NCBI RefSeq assembly: GCF_037042905.1
Contig: NC_087245.1
Coordinates: 30,196,001 to 30,260,000 of the forward strand
Length of the DNA: 64,000 nucleotides
Origin: Lytechinus pictus
Lineage: Eukaryota
Direction of reading: 5' to 3'
Numbering within the stretch: position 1 is the stretch's first letter; every line of letters starts with the position of its first letter. Made by a program: the position numbers and the translations under genes. Under the pieces are notes generated by a model. The model did not search any database. It was given only the letters and a program-made list of their open reading frames with translations, and was not told the DNA's origin. Shown here piece after piece: positions 39,335-51,328 of the stretch.

Positions 39335-40306
39335 CAAAGGAAAAACATTATCATTGGTGGAGATTTTAATTGTATTCTAGATGCACAACTAGATAAAAAA
39401 AGGTGGGACACATTTGGTCAAGAAAAAGGTTGTGCCAAATATTAGAGAAATTATGGTCCCTTTTGAACTGATCGACATTTGGCGCAGCAGAAATATATTA
39501 ATCGCAGACAATTCACTTGGAGACAAAACACACCTCTTATTCAGTGCAGGCTGGATTATATTTCAATTAACAGCGATTTGAAACATAAAGTTAAAAGGTG
39601 AATATTGTTACTGCATTACGCACAGACCATTCAGGTGTGAACCTTGAAATACGTTTGAATAAAAACATGCGAGGGAAAGGATATTGGAAGCTAAATACCT
39701 CACTTCTCCTAGATGAAGAGTATATTAAGGTTATGAAGGAAAATATCAATAATTGGAAGAAAAAAAAAAGAGTATTCATCCTTAGAACCAAGAATAAAGT
39801 GGGATTGGATCAAGTATAAGATACGTTGTTTTGGTGTGAAGTATTCTAGTAACGTACAAAAGCAGATATCTGGCATTGAACAACAATTAAGAAGTAAATT
39901 GAATTTACTTGAAAATAAACTTGCCATTAGCGAAGAAGGGGGTATTATTAATCAGATAGAAAAGATAAAGGAGGAATTGATAGGAATAGACAATATAATA
40001 ATAGTCGGGCTAATGGTTAGATCAAGGAGTCGATGGTATGAAAAGGGAGAAAAGTGTAATGAGTACTTTCTAGGATTAGAAAAGAGGAATAATGTATAGA
40101 AGCTGTGCTACGAAATATATGTAGAAGGCCAGTTAATTACAAATTTTAAAGATATTTTGTCTGCTCAAAAGCAGTATTATGAAAAGTTATACACTTCAGA
40201 AGTAAGGTTTGGAGCTGGAGAACAATGTAATTCGTTTCTACACAAAATTTGTGTTCCCATGTTACATATTGAAGAAATGGAAAAGTTGGAAAAACCAATT
40301 TCTAAA
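39335..40306 (+). pseudogene. L1/Tx1 ORF2 fragment (endonuclease C-terminal half and linker), 5'-truncated and decayed
   Basis: IIIGGDFN, LIDIWR, FTW, RLDYI, TDHS, GYWKLN, RSRSRWYEKGEK; contains stops and frameshifts. Confidence 0.9.
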
Positions 40307-40484
40307 CTAGATTTTAATTCGTCATGAGGACGAATTAGGTGGTCTGTCATGATTTTCCACTCAGTGTCGGCTAATGTATGAAATGAATCATTTAGATATG
40401 ATTGATAATCTTGATCATAAACATCATAGGAATAAATTTTGACCATTGCTAAATATGATTATTAGTGTGGTGGTGACAATCGTC

Positions 40485-40765
40485 AGACATACATATTCAA
40501 ACAGATACATACAAGATAGATGATTATACATATAGATGGATGGATGGATCGATGGATGGATGAAGTAATGAATGGAGAGATAAATGATAGGTGGTTATAT
40601 TAATAAACATAGATAAACAGACAGACATATAGACAGACAGATAGATAGATAGATAGATAGATAGATATAGACAGACAGATAGATTGATATAGAAAGACAT
40701 ATTCAAACAGATATATATAAGAGAAATAGATAGATAGATAGATAGATAAATAGCCAGACAGACAT
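40485..40765. repeat. (GATA/GACA/GATG)n compound microsatellite, continuing at 50615-51012
   Basis: Same units and the ACATATTCAAACAGAT anchor occur on both sides of the LINE insertion. Confidence 0.85.
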
Positions 40766-42008
40766 TTATTTATCTATTTATTATTTATTTATTTGGTATT
40801 ATTAGTAGTTATGGGTTAGACCTCATACCAACTTGACCTTTGACCCGGCCATGACCTTTGACCACATGACCTTTGACCCGGCCATGACCTTTGACCACAT
40901 GACCTTTGACCCTGTCATGACCTTTGACCACATGACCTTTAGCCCGGTCAGCCAAGACCTTTAGCCCGGTCAGCCACGACCTTTAGCCCGGTCAGCCTTT
41001 GACCTTTGGCCCGGTCAGTCATGACCTTTAGTCCGGTCAGCCTTTGACTGCATGACCTTTAACCCGGTCAGCCTTTGACCACACGACCCGATGGGTTGAC
41101 CCAGACTTCCGGTCAGCCATGTCACCATGAAATGGTATTACGACACAGTTACGCAACCACCGTGATGTCATAGAATTACCCTTATCGCACCATATCGGTA
41201 TTGCACCACCGTGGCGCAATCGCCACGTATAGGATACGATGCACAAAAAAGATTTATGATTTCTAAACAGTTAAAAAGTGAAAAGTTATCTTTCTCTACC
41301 TACCAGCAGGTATGTCAAGTGCCTCGCGGTTCACGAATCGATCACCCCATGCACGGCCAACGCGCGTGATTGAACTTGGGATATCCTATTGGAAAAGTGA
41401 AACCTGACTCTCTCTGCCTCTTATTACAACAATAATTGGTAATCCAACATGTGATTATAATCATGACATCTCAGGCTCTACTCATTCCAGACATTTCCCC
41501 ATCAAAACTCTCTGACTTTTTCATACTGTTTTGTTCATACTTTTCATTTTAACTCACATGACCTGCCCGGCTCTCTGACTCGCAAAAAAATATATTGAAA
41601 CCAGTAGATGACTCCTTTAAATCAACTTCATTCAACCGCAGTACAGATGGTGATAACACGAAACACTATATAGTCAAGGATGATTCTTTATTATTACGAT
41701 CATTTATTCTATTCCATTTCAATGTACATAGGTTCAGATATTGTATAAACAGCAGATTTTGATACAAAGGTAAAATAATGTAAGTTATGTTCTCAAATTA
41801 TGTTGTAATAACAAAATAATTGTTAACTGTTCATTGTTAATATTACAGTGAAGTTCTCGTTTTCTATTTCTTCGCTTAACTTAATGGATTGTAACACATG
41901 TCTATGGATGGCATTCAGAAAATATGAACACAATGAAGTTCAAACTGTCATTTATGTTGACGGCGTTTTCTTGGATTATTATTATTCGACAAGCTGATGT
42001 TTGTGCCT

Positions 42009-42506
42009 TTAGTTGTAGACTCCATCTTCACCCTCCGTTTCTTCTCCACCATCATCATCGTCATCGTCACCTTGATACTGGAATAAACCGTCGAATTGTG
42101 AACCATGCCTGGCTAACACTCTCTGTACGGCTTTCCGGAATTCCATGCCATTCTCTAATCTTTCCGAGAGATCGGACACGATTTCATGATTGATGTCAGC
42201 GTCTTCGAGGTACACGTTCTGCTGCAAGAACTGAGAGTAAAGATCGAAAAAGATGCGTTTGACTGCCCACATTAGTTTCACGTGAGCCTTTGCTTTAGCG
42301 TCTTCTTCTTCCATTCCTTCTAAGATGTATTTCTGATATTTTTCGTCTCTCAAGTCCTTGGTGGCCGTCATGGCTTGCTCTAACCATCCTCGATAAGCGA
42401 GGTTGTCTTCAGTTTCTTCCATGTTTGCTGTCATTGACGATTTGTGTCCATCGCTTTCTGATACGCTCGTTTTGGAATCATCGTTGGATTCTACAACTCT
42501 TTGCAT
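42009..42506 (-). CDS. 165-aa acidic, probably helical protein of unknown function (left arm copy)
   Basis: Uninterrupted ORF with protein-like composition and an acidic tail; one residue differs from the right arm copy. Confidence 0.6.
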   Translation of the reverse strand: MQRVVESNDDSKTSVSESDGHKSSMTANMEETEDNLAYRGWLEQAMTATKDLRDEKYQKYILEGMEEEDAKAKAHVKLMWAVKRIFFDLYSQFLQQNVYLEDADINHEIVSDLSERLENGMEFRKAVQRVLARHGSQFDGLFQYQGDDDDDDGGEETEGEDGVYN

Positions 42507-42532
42507 TTGAGAGGGTGGGTCGGAGTCTTCAT

Positions 42533-43586
42533 CGGATGTTTACCGATTCTTACGGATGTTTACGGATTCTTACGGATGTTATGGATTCTTACGGATTCTT
42601 ACGGATTCTTACGGATGTTTACGGATTCTCACGGATGTTTACGGATTCTTACGGATGTTTACGGATTCTTACGGTTGTTTACGGATTCTTACGGATGTTT
42701 ACGGATTCTTACGGATGTTTACGGATTCTTACGGATGTTTACGGATTCTTACGGATGTTTACGGATTCTTACGGATTCTTACAGATGTTTACGGATTCTC
42801 ACGGATGTTTACGGATTCTTACGGAGGTTTACGGATGTTTACGGATTCTTACGGATAGTTACGGATTCTTATTGATTCTTACGGATTTTTACGGATGTTT
42901 ACGGATTCTTACGGATGTTTACAGATTCTTAAGGATTCTTACGGATGTTTACGGATTCTTACGGATTTTTACGGATTCTTACGGATTCTTACGGATGTTT
43001 ACGGATTCTTACGGATGTTTACGGATTCTTACGGATTCTTATGGATGTTTACGGATTCTTACGGATGTTTATGGATTCTTACGGATGTTTATGGATTCTT
43101 ACAGATGTTTACGGATTCTCACGGATGTTTACGGATTCTTATGGATTCTTATGGATGTTTACGGATTCTTACGGATGTTTACGGATTCTTACGGATGTTT
43201 ACGGATTCTTACGGATTCTCACGGATGTTTACGGACGCTTACGGATTCTTACGGAGGTTTACGGATGTTTACGGATTCTTACGGATGTTTACGGATTCTT
43301 ACGGATGTTTACGGATTCTCACGGATGTATACGGATTCTTACAGATGTTTAGGGATACTTACGGATGTTTACGGATTCTTACGGCTGTTTACGGATTCTT
43401 ACGGATTCTTACGGATGTTTACGGATTCTTATTGATTCTTACTGATTTTTACGGATGTTTACAGATTCTTACGGATTCTTACGGATGTTTACGGATTCTT
43501 ACGGATGTTTAGGGGTTCTTACGGATGTTTACGGATTCTTACGGATTCTTTTGGATGTTTACGGATTCTTACGGATGTTTAAGGAT
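42533..43586. repeat. 10-bp two-variant tandem array (ACGGATGTTT / ACGGATTCTT), left arm
   Basis: Directly visible, about 105 units in strict 10-bp phase. Confidence 0.95.
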
Positions 43587-43670
43587 TGCTGCATGCTGCA
43601 TGGGTCATTCCAACATGGTTGAACTTTCCTTGAGAATATATGAAAGATTATATGAAAGCATCAATTAATC

Positions 43671-44701
43671 TGTAGAATCCGTGAGAATCCGTAAACATCC
43701 GTAAGAATCCGTAAACATCCGTAAGAATCTGTAAGAATCCGTAAACATCCGTAAGAATCCGTAAACATCCGTAAGAATCCGTAAACATCCGTAAGAATCC
43801 GTAAACATCCGTGAGAATCCGTAAACATCCGTAAGAATCCGTAAACATCCGTAAGAATCCATAAACATCCGTAAGAATCCGTAAACATCCATAAGAATCC
43901 GTAAGAATCCGTAAACATCCGTAAGAATCCGTAAACATCCGTAAGAATCCGTAAGAATCCGTAAGAATCCGTAAACATCCGTAAGAATTTGTAAGAATCC
44001 GTAAGAATCCGTAAACATCCGTAAGAATCCTTAAGAATCTGTAAACATCCGTAAGAATCTGTAAACATCCGTAAACCTCCGTAAGAATCTGTAAACATCC
44101 GTAAGAATCTGTAAACATCCGTAAAAATCCGTAAGAATCAATAAGAATCCGTAACTATCCGTAAGAATCCGTAAACATCCGTAAACCTCCGTAAGAATCC
44201 GTAAACATCCGTGAGAATCTGTAAACATCTGTAAGAATCCGTAAGAATCCGTAAGAATCTGTAAACATCCGTAAGAATCCGTAAACATCCGTAAGAATCC
44301 GTAAACATCCGTAAGAATCCGTAAACATCCGTGAGAATCCGTAAACATCCGTAAGAATCCGTAAACATCCGTGAGAATCCGTAAACATCCGTGAGAATCC
44401 GTAAACATCCGTAAGTATCCCTAAACATCTGTAAGAATCCGTAAACATCCGTAAGAATCCGTAAATATCCGTAAGAATCCGTAAACATCCGTAAGAATCC
44501 GTAAGAATCCGTAAACATTCGTAAGAATCCGTAAGAATCCGTAAACATCAGTAAGAATCCGTAAACATCCGTAAGAATCCGTAAGAATCCGTAAGAATCC
44601 GTAAACATCCGTAAAAATCCGTAAAAATCTGTAAGAATCCGTAAACATCCGTAAGAATCCGTAAGAATCCGTAAACATCCGTAAGAATCGGTAAACATCC
44701 G
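43671..44701. repeat. 10-bp two-variant tandem array (GTAAACATCC / GTAAGAATCC), right arm, inverted
   Basis: Reverse complement of the left-arm units, about 103 units, in a different unit order. Confidence 0.95.
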
Positions 44702-44727
44702 ATGAAGACTCCGACCCACCCTCTCAA

Positions 44728-45225
44728 ATGCAAAGAGTTGTAGAATCCAACGATGATTCCAAAACGAGCGTATCAGAAAGCGATGGACACAAATCGTCAA
44801 TGACAGCAAACATGGAAGAAACTGAAGACAACCTCGCTTATCGAGGATGGTTAGAGCAAGCCATGTCGGCCACCAAGGACTTGAGAGACGAAAAATATCA
44901 GAAATACATCTTAGAAGGAATGGAAGAAGAAGACGCTAAAGCAAAGGCTCACGTGAAACTAATGTGGGCAGTCAAACGCATCTTTTTCGATCTTTACTCT
45001 CAGTTCTTGCAGCAGAACGTGTACCTCGAAGACGCTGACATCAATCATGAAATCGTGTCCGATCTCTCGGAAAGATTAGAGAATGGCATGGAATTCCGGA
45101 AAGCCGTACAGAGAGTGTTAGCCAGGCATGGTTCACAATTCGACGGTTTATTCCAGTATCAAGGTGACGATGACGATGATGATGGTGGAGAAGAAACGGA
45201 GGGTGAAGATGGAGTCTACAACTAA
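44728..45225 (+). CDS. 165-aa acidic, probably helical protein of unknown function (right arm copy)
   Basis: Uninterrupted ORF with AATAAA ~300 bp downstream. Confidence 0.6.
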   Translation: MQRVVESNDDSKTSVSESDGHKSSMTANMEETEDNLAYRGWLEQAMSATKDLRDEKYQKYILEGMEEEDAKAKAHVKLMWAVKRIFFDLYSQFLQQNVYLEDADINHEIVSDLSERLENGMEFRKAVQRVLARHGSQFDGLFQYQGDDDDDDGGEETEGEDGVYN

Positions 45226-46414
45226 AGGCACAAACATCAGCTTGTCGAATAATAATAATCCAAGAAAACGCCGTCAACATAAATGACAGTTTGAACTTCA
45301 TTGTGTTCATATTTTCTGAATGCCATCCATAGACATGTGTTACAATCCATTAAGTTAAGCGAAGAAATAGAAAACGAGAACTTCACTGTAATATTAACAA
45401 TGAACAGTTAACAATTATTTTGTTATTACAACATAATTTGAGAACATAACTTACATTATTTTACCTTTGTATCAAAATCTGCTGTTTATACAATATCTGA
45501 ACCTATGTACATTGAAATGGAATAGAATAAATGATAGTAATAATAAAGAATCATCCTTGACTATATAGTGTTTCATGTTATCACTATCTGTACTGCGGTT
45601 GAATGAAGTTGATTTAAAGGAGTCATCTACTGGTTTCAATATATTTTTTTGCGAGTCAGAGAGCCGGGCAGGTCATGTGAGTTAAAATGAAAAGTATGAA
45701 CAAAACAGTATGAAAAAGTCAGAGAGTTTTGATGGGGAAATGTCTGGAATGAGTAGAGCCTGAGATGTCATGATTATAATCACATGTTGGATTACCAATT
45801 ATTGTTGTAATAAGAGGCAGAGAGAGTCGGGTTTCACCTTTCCAATAGGATATCCCAAGTTCAATCACGCGCGTTGGTCGTGCATGGGGTAATCGATTCG
45901 TGAACCGCGAGGCACTTGACATACCTGCTGGTAGGTAGAGAAAGATAACTTTTCACTTTTTAACTGTTTAGAAATCATATATCTTTTGTGTGCATCGTAT
46001 CCTATACGTGGCGATTGCGCCACGGTGGTGCAATACCGATATGGTGCGATAAGGGTAATTCTATGACATCACAGTGGTTGCGTAACTGTGTCGTAATACC
46101 ATTTCATGGTGACATGGCTGACCGGAAGTCTGGGTCAACCCATCGGGTCGTGTGGTCAAAGGCTGATCGGGTTAAAGGTCATGCGGTCAAAGGCTGACCG
46201 GGCTAAAGGTCATGGCTTACCGGGCCAAAGGTCAAAGGCTGACCGGGCTAAAGGTCGTGGCTGACCGGGCTAATAGTCATGTGGTCAAAGGTCATGACAG
46301 GGTCAAAGGTCATGTGGTAAAAGGTCATGGCCGGGTCAAAGGTCATGTGGTCAAAGGTCATGGCCGGGTCAAAGATCAAGTTGGTATGAGGTCTAACCCA
46401 TAACTACTATTATT

Positions 46415-49400
46415 TATACAGGGTAACCCCATCAGTAGTCAAATACTGTTGTACTTGGGGGCCCTGTATATCATGAAACAAAACAAAATACAAGCATATA
46501 TACAATACAAATGAAAAATACAAATCCTAAACATAAGCAGATGGAATTTTTAAGTATAAATCTAATAACAAAAAGTTGTGTGTGAAATTGAGAACAATAA
46601 TTTAACCCAGAGCTATAAGTAGAAAGTAACAGGGGAAAGAAAGATAGAAGGTAAGGATGAGTTGAGGTTTAAAAAAAAAGAACACAGCAGAGAGCTAAAG
46701 CGGGAGAAGAAGGCACATCACCATTTACACTACAATGCAATTATAGTATAGTCTGAAAATATAATTTTTCCTTATATATTAAAATGGGTGTATCTATACC
46801 TCCAGTATGATGATGTAAAGGAAGATTTCGACGTGGAGTTTTTAACTTCATTAGGAAGTTGGTTCCACAGGCACGCACCGTGATGGGAGAAGGCTCTTTT
46901 ACCAGCTTTGGTGCGTGCCCGTGGAACCAAGATTCCACGGTTCAATGCATTTCTTGTATGATGGGAATGGAAAGAACTAAATCTCGGGAACAAATCTGAG
47001 AGGTAACCTGGGGCTTCGCCCTGCGTAGAATTAAACATAGTTTTGCACATTTGAAATCGCCATCGTTCTTCAAGTGGTACCCAATTTAATCTTCCAAACA
47101 CTACAGCAGTAGGTGTATTAAAGTCTACCTGCAAGACCAGTCGAGCCATTCGTTTTATCAAAGTGTCCTTTTAAGTTTTTAAGTTTTTACAGTTGGTCCA
47201 GGTGTTGCAACAGTATTCGAGATGCGGTAAAACTAATGAATTTGCCAATAGTTTAGCACTTGAAACTGTCACATACTTCCGCAATCTAGCAAAAAGTGCA
47301 AGTCTAGACGCAACTTTTTTACTGGTTTCGTTTATATGAGTTCTCCACGTGAGTTTTTCATCAAAATGTACTCCGAGATATTAAAAATTCGACACTCTTT
47401 CAATTCTATGTTGTTCAATGACGAGGTTTAGATCAAAATTCTTGAGTCTTTGTTGGGTTCCAAAAAGCATGTACTGGGTTTTTGTTAAATTGAGTACCAA
47501 ATGATTATGCATTAACCAACGATTCACATTGTGTAGATCTTCATTCATGACAGATTCATGACACGATTCATGACACGATTTCGCACTTATCTATAACCTT
47601 GGTAATATCGTTTACTATGACTGAGAATAAGAGTGGCCCCAAGATAGACCCTTGGGGAACCCCTATACTCACTTCTACAATTTCAGATAATACCCCTTTT
47701 ACACATGTTTGTTGAGTTCTGCCTTTCAGGTATGAACTGAACCACTCAAGTTCCTTTCCTTTAATACCATAAACAGAAAGTTTCTCGAGTAATAGTTCGT
47801 GGTCGATGGAATCAAATGCTTTCCTGAGATCCAGGAAAACTACACCAGTCAGTCGACCACGATCCATCTCTTTGTACAGGCGATCCGTAACATTGGTAAG
47901 CACAGTGTGGGTCGAATGATGCTTTCGAAAGCCAGACTGCTCCTTTACTAGCATGACTAGTATGTTATTTTCAGTACAGAAATCGTGGAGCTTTGTATGG
48001 ATTACCCTTTCGAACACTTTCATGACTATAGGTAATACTGATACTGGCCTAAAATTGTTAGGGTCGTGCCTGTCTCTACCTTTGTGTAAGGCAGCAACTT
48101 TGGCTTCTTTCCATTCATTTGGTATACAACCAGATTCAATTGAGCTGTTATATAATCTTGTCAAATGAACGTAATTGACTGATGCAGCCGATTTCAGGAG
48201 TTTGACATTCAACCCATCGCTTCCGGTCGCCTTTTTTTATCAAGATTTTTCAGAATGTTTAGCACGACATCAGGTTCTATCGTGTCAAATGGGAAGACCT
48301 TGTTACCCTGGGAAACACTGGTCAAACGACTCATGATATCATTCCCCTTAGCATAATCAAATGAAGCATTTGCACCAAAAGAACTAAATATTTTATTCAA
48401 CTCATTTGCTATTTGCTTAGGATCACACAATTTGTTCCCGTTAATATTGAGAATATTTGTAGTTGTCTAGGTCTACCACCTGTTAGCCCCTTTAAAATCT
48501 GCCAAAGTTAAGCGGAGTTATTTTTATTTTCCAAAATACTCCTCTGATAGAAGTCGTTTATCAATGTTTTCTTAAAGTTATTTACATGATTCCTCTAATG
48601 TACGATAATTCCTAAAGTACGATAATGCATCCAATGTATGGGTAACCCAGAACGCTGTGCAAGACGTTTTAACTTATCTCGTTGGTAAGATAGAGATATA
48701 TATTTATCATTAATCCATGGTGTTTTTATACCTCTTACATTCATTGTTACAACTTGGGCATTATAATTACAAATTTGCATGAAATCATGTTTCCAGCATG
48801 ACCTTCAAGATTTCTTTCTAGGTGTAAGCTTTGTATTTGTTGTAAAAATATTCCGACATCAAATCTCTTAAATGATCAAAAGGTGAGGACTTTAGGTGCC
48901 AACGTAGGCTTATATAACTTCCTCACAATATATACCAGATTATGGTCACTAAGACCCTCTGTCAAGACAGCGCTCATGCAAACGTTATTAGGAGTATTGG
49001 TCAGAATAATATCTATGAGACTCGTACTGTTTTCTGTTATTCTATTTGCAGATTCGATAACTTGTTTTAAATCGTTACTGTTACATAGATGGTCAATAAA
49101 ACGAGAACTAGAACTACAAAACATATCATAATTGAGGTCTCCCAATATCTAGACTTCTTTTTCTTGAGAAGTTGCTCTAACTATAGTTTCTTCGATGTTT
49201 CTTTGATACGAAATGTCAGAGTTTGGAGGTCGTAATATGTGCCAATTAATATATTGGTGGACTGTTTTACCCTGAGTTCAATCCATATTGATTCGAGTCG
49301 TGTTCAAGATCAAATCTACGCGTGTAATATAAAGAGTCTAAAACATAAACTGCAACACCGCCACCATGACGGTTACGATCGCGCCTCTCTAGAAATAAAC

Positions 49401-50604
49401 CATCAATATGAAGCTCGGCATCGGCTATAGTTGAATCAATAAGAGTTTCAGAGGATGTCAAAATATCAAATGGTTTCTTTATCAACTTTTATATAAGATG
49501 ATACATTTTACCAAAAATTATATATATTATATATTTAGATGTGCGATTCTCAGACCTTTTGTCTTTACATCAATCGGGTAAGTGTGTGCTTGAGATGAAT
49601 ATTCGTCGCTGCCATGGTGTCGACATCCTATACATGACCAATGATCCTGAAGGGAGGTTCCCAAATGTGACAAGAGCATATAAGTGCACTTTAGATGCCA
49701 TTTAGAGTGACATGTTGAAGATGCTTTTGTTGAATACGAAATACATTCTTACATCCTGGACATAGATCTAAGTTATCATCATTAATGCTTCGGCGTATAG
49801 TAGTAGCCTTGCTCCCAGAGCTAGGCTCGGCAAACAAGTCTTGTGGGGAGGAATATATGGCAACCTACTGCTACCTCGATGTTTGACCCTTTTTGTTTTC
49901 TTTTTGCGTGCTATACCGAGATCTGTAATTCTTTTCCAAGTATTTCGTGATAATCGCAAGATAGTCTGACAAGGTTGTGTAGGGTTTAGTTCATGTAGCG
50001 TCGACGTGTCGTATACAATTCGATCATTGCGGGGCAACGGGTCTGGTGAATGACTAGAAGAATCGTGCTTTTGTTCATATGTGTTAGTGGGACCTGGGTT
50101 TGGGCTTATATCACCAGCTTGTAGTTGTAGAAGTTGGGAGTGGAACGATGCTTCAGAGTTAGCGTAATAACATATCCTAACTCCACAAAATTTCAGAAAT
50201 TTCAAGCCCTCGGGTTTCCACAGGCTCATATAGTAATGTGTGTTCTCCCCCACAGTAGATCCCTGTGCTACACAGAATCAATGCAGACAGTAAGGTAGTC
50301 AGAAGGGTTGAGTGGTTTTGTATAGAGTTATAGTACATGCCCTATGTAGCAGCATGAACACAGGTAAGTGTTTTCATGAAAACAAGTGAAGCTTGCTTGC
50401 TATTGCAGCAACATACTGAAAAAATACGCTGAAAGTTCCACAATATTGAGCAATAATACTCACAAATTTAATGTCCAAACTAATCTAGAAGTGTTCATAA
50501 ACCATCTGGTAACTGAAGAAAACAAAAAACCAAGCAAGAAGAAACAAAAAATAAAAAACACGGTACCGAACGTCGTGAGGAGCTACAAGCTGAGCGCTCA
50601 CTCA
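46415..50604 (-). mobile_element. Decayed near-full-length L2/CR1-group LINE (2A-like motif, Cys/His-rich remnant, endonuclease, RT)
   Basis: GDISPNPGP; EN motifs SET, RHGGGV, GDLN, LIDII, SDH; RT motifs NFRPVS, DLRKAFD, GVPQGSILGP; frameshifts. The rest of the (AAAT)n tail lies at 40765-40803. Confidence 0.9.
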
Positions 50605-50631
50605 AAAAAAAAATATATATACATACATACA

Positions 50632-50663
<32 letters not shown>

Positions 50664-51114
50664 AAAAAGATATAGAGAGACAGGCAGATATATAGATAGA
50701 TAGATAGATAGACATATTTAAACCGATATATATATTAGACAGAGAGATAGAGAGAGAGAGTGATAGATAGACAGATACATATACAATGTAGGTAGATAGA
50801 CAGACAGACAGATATGGATAGATAGAGGGGGGAGAGAGAGAGAGAGAGACATATTCAAACAGATAGATATATATTAGACAGAGAGATAGATAGATATGTC
50901 ATGTAGGTGGATAGATAGACAGACAGATAGATAGATAGAAAGAAAGAAATATAGATAGATTTATACAGTAACATAGATAGCGGATAGATAGACGGATATG
51001 ATTAGATAGATATAATATAAAAAAAGTAATTATGTTCTGTTTTATTTTGCAATATTTTAGCTATCATTTATTAGAATTCTTATAATTGATCGTGCGCAAG
51101 ATAGTAAAAAAAAA

Positions 51115-51200
51115 TCATGTTCACCCGCGGACTCGAACCCCTGCCCGCATGATTGAATGAGATACAAGTCTGACGCCTAACCGATTGAGCTAGAATAGAC
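51115..51200 (-). other. tRNA-like cassette (Pol III A/B boxes), not a canonical tRNA
   Basis: Reverse complement TAGCTCAATCGGTTAGGCG-TCAGACTTGTATCTCA...GGGGTTCGAGTCC; the acceptor stem does not pair. Confidence 0.5.
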
Positions 51201-51328
51201 TTTACACATATGCAAAATTCGAGAATCTCAAATCCAATTTTGCAAGTGAAATAACGGCATGATCCCGGCTTCTGATCGAAAAATAAAGGCAACATAGTCC
51301 AGGATAGGCCCCATAGAAACTTGACCAA

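Larger units (their letters stand above)
40804..46408. mobile_element. Palindromic non-autonomous Polinton/Maverick-like element (two ~2.75-kb inverted arms, ~85-bp spacer)
   Basis: ATTATT|AGTAGTTATGGGTTAGACC ... GGTCTAACCCATAACTACT|ATTATT, i.e. AGT-repeat termini and a 6-bp TSD. The arms are near-identical reverse complements. No polymerase, integrase or capsid ORF. Confidence 0.75.

Noticed and set aside
42533..44701. CRISPR-like array
   Set aside because: No unique spacers, eukaryotic context, no cas genes.
42425..44809. Long MFTDSYGCLRILTDVYG ORFs up to 336 aa
   Set aside because: They arise in all three frames because the 10-mers lack stops on that strand; no independent sign of coding.
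40804..46408. Assembly fold-back artifact
   Set aside because: Disfavoured, not excluded: the arms differ by substitutions and repeat number, there is a unique spacer, and a 6-bp TSD with the interrupted LINE tail resumes on both sides.
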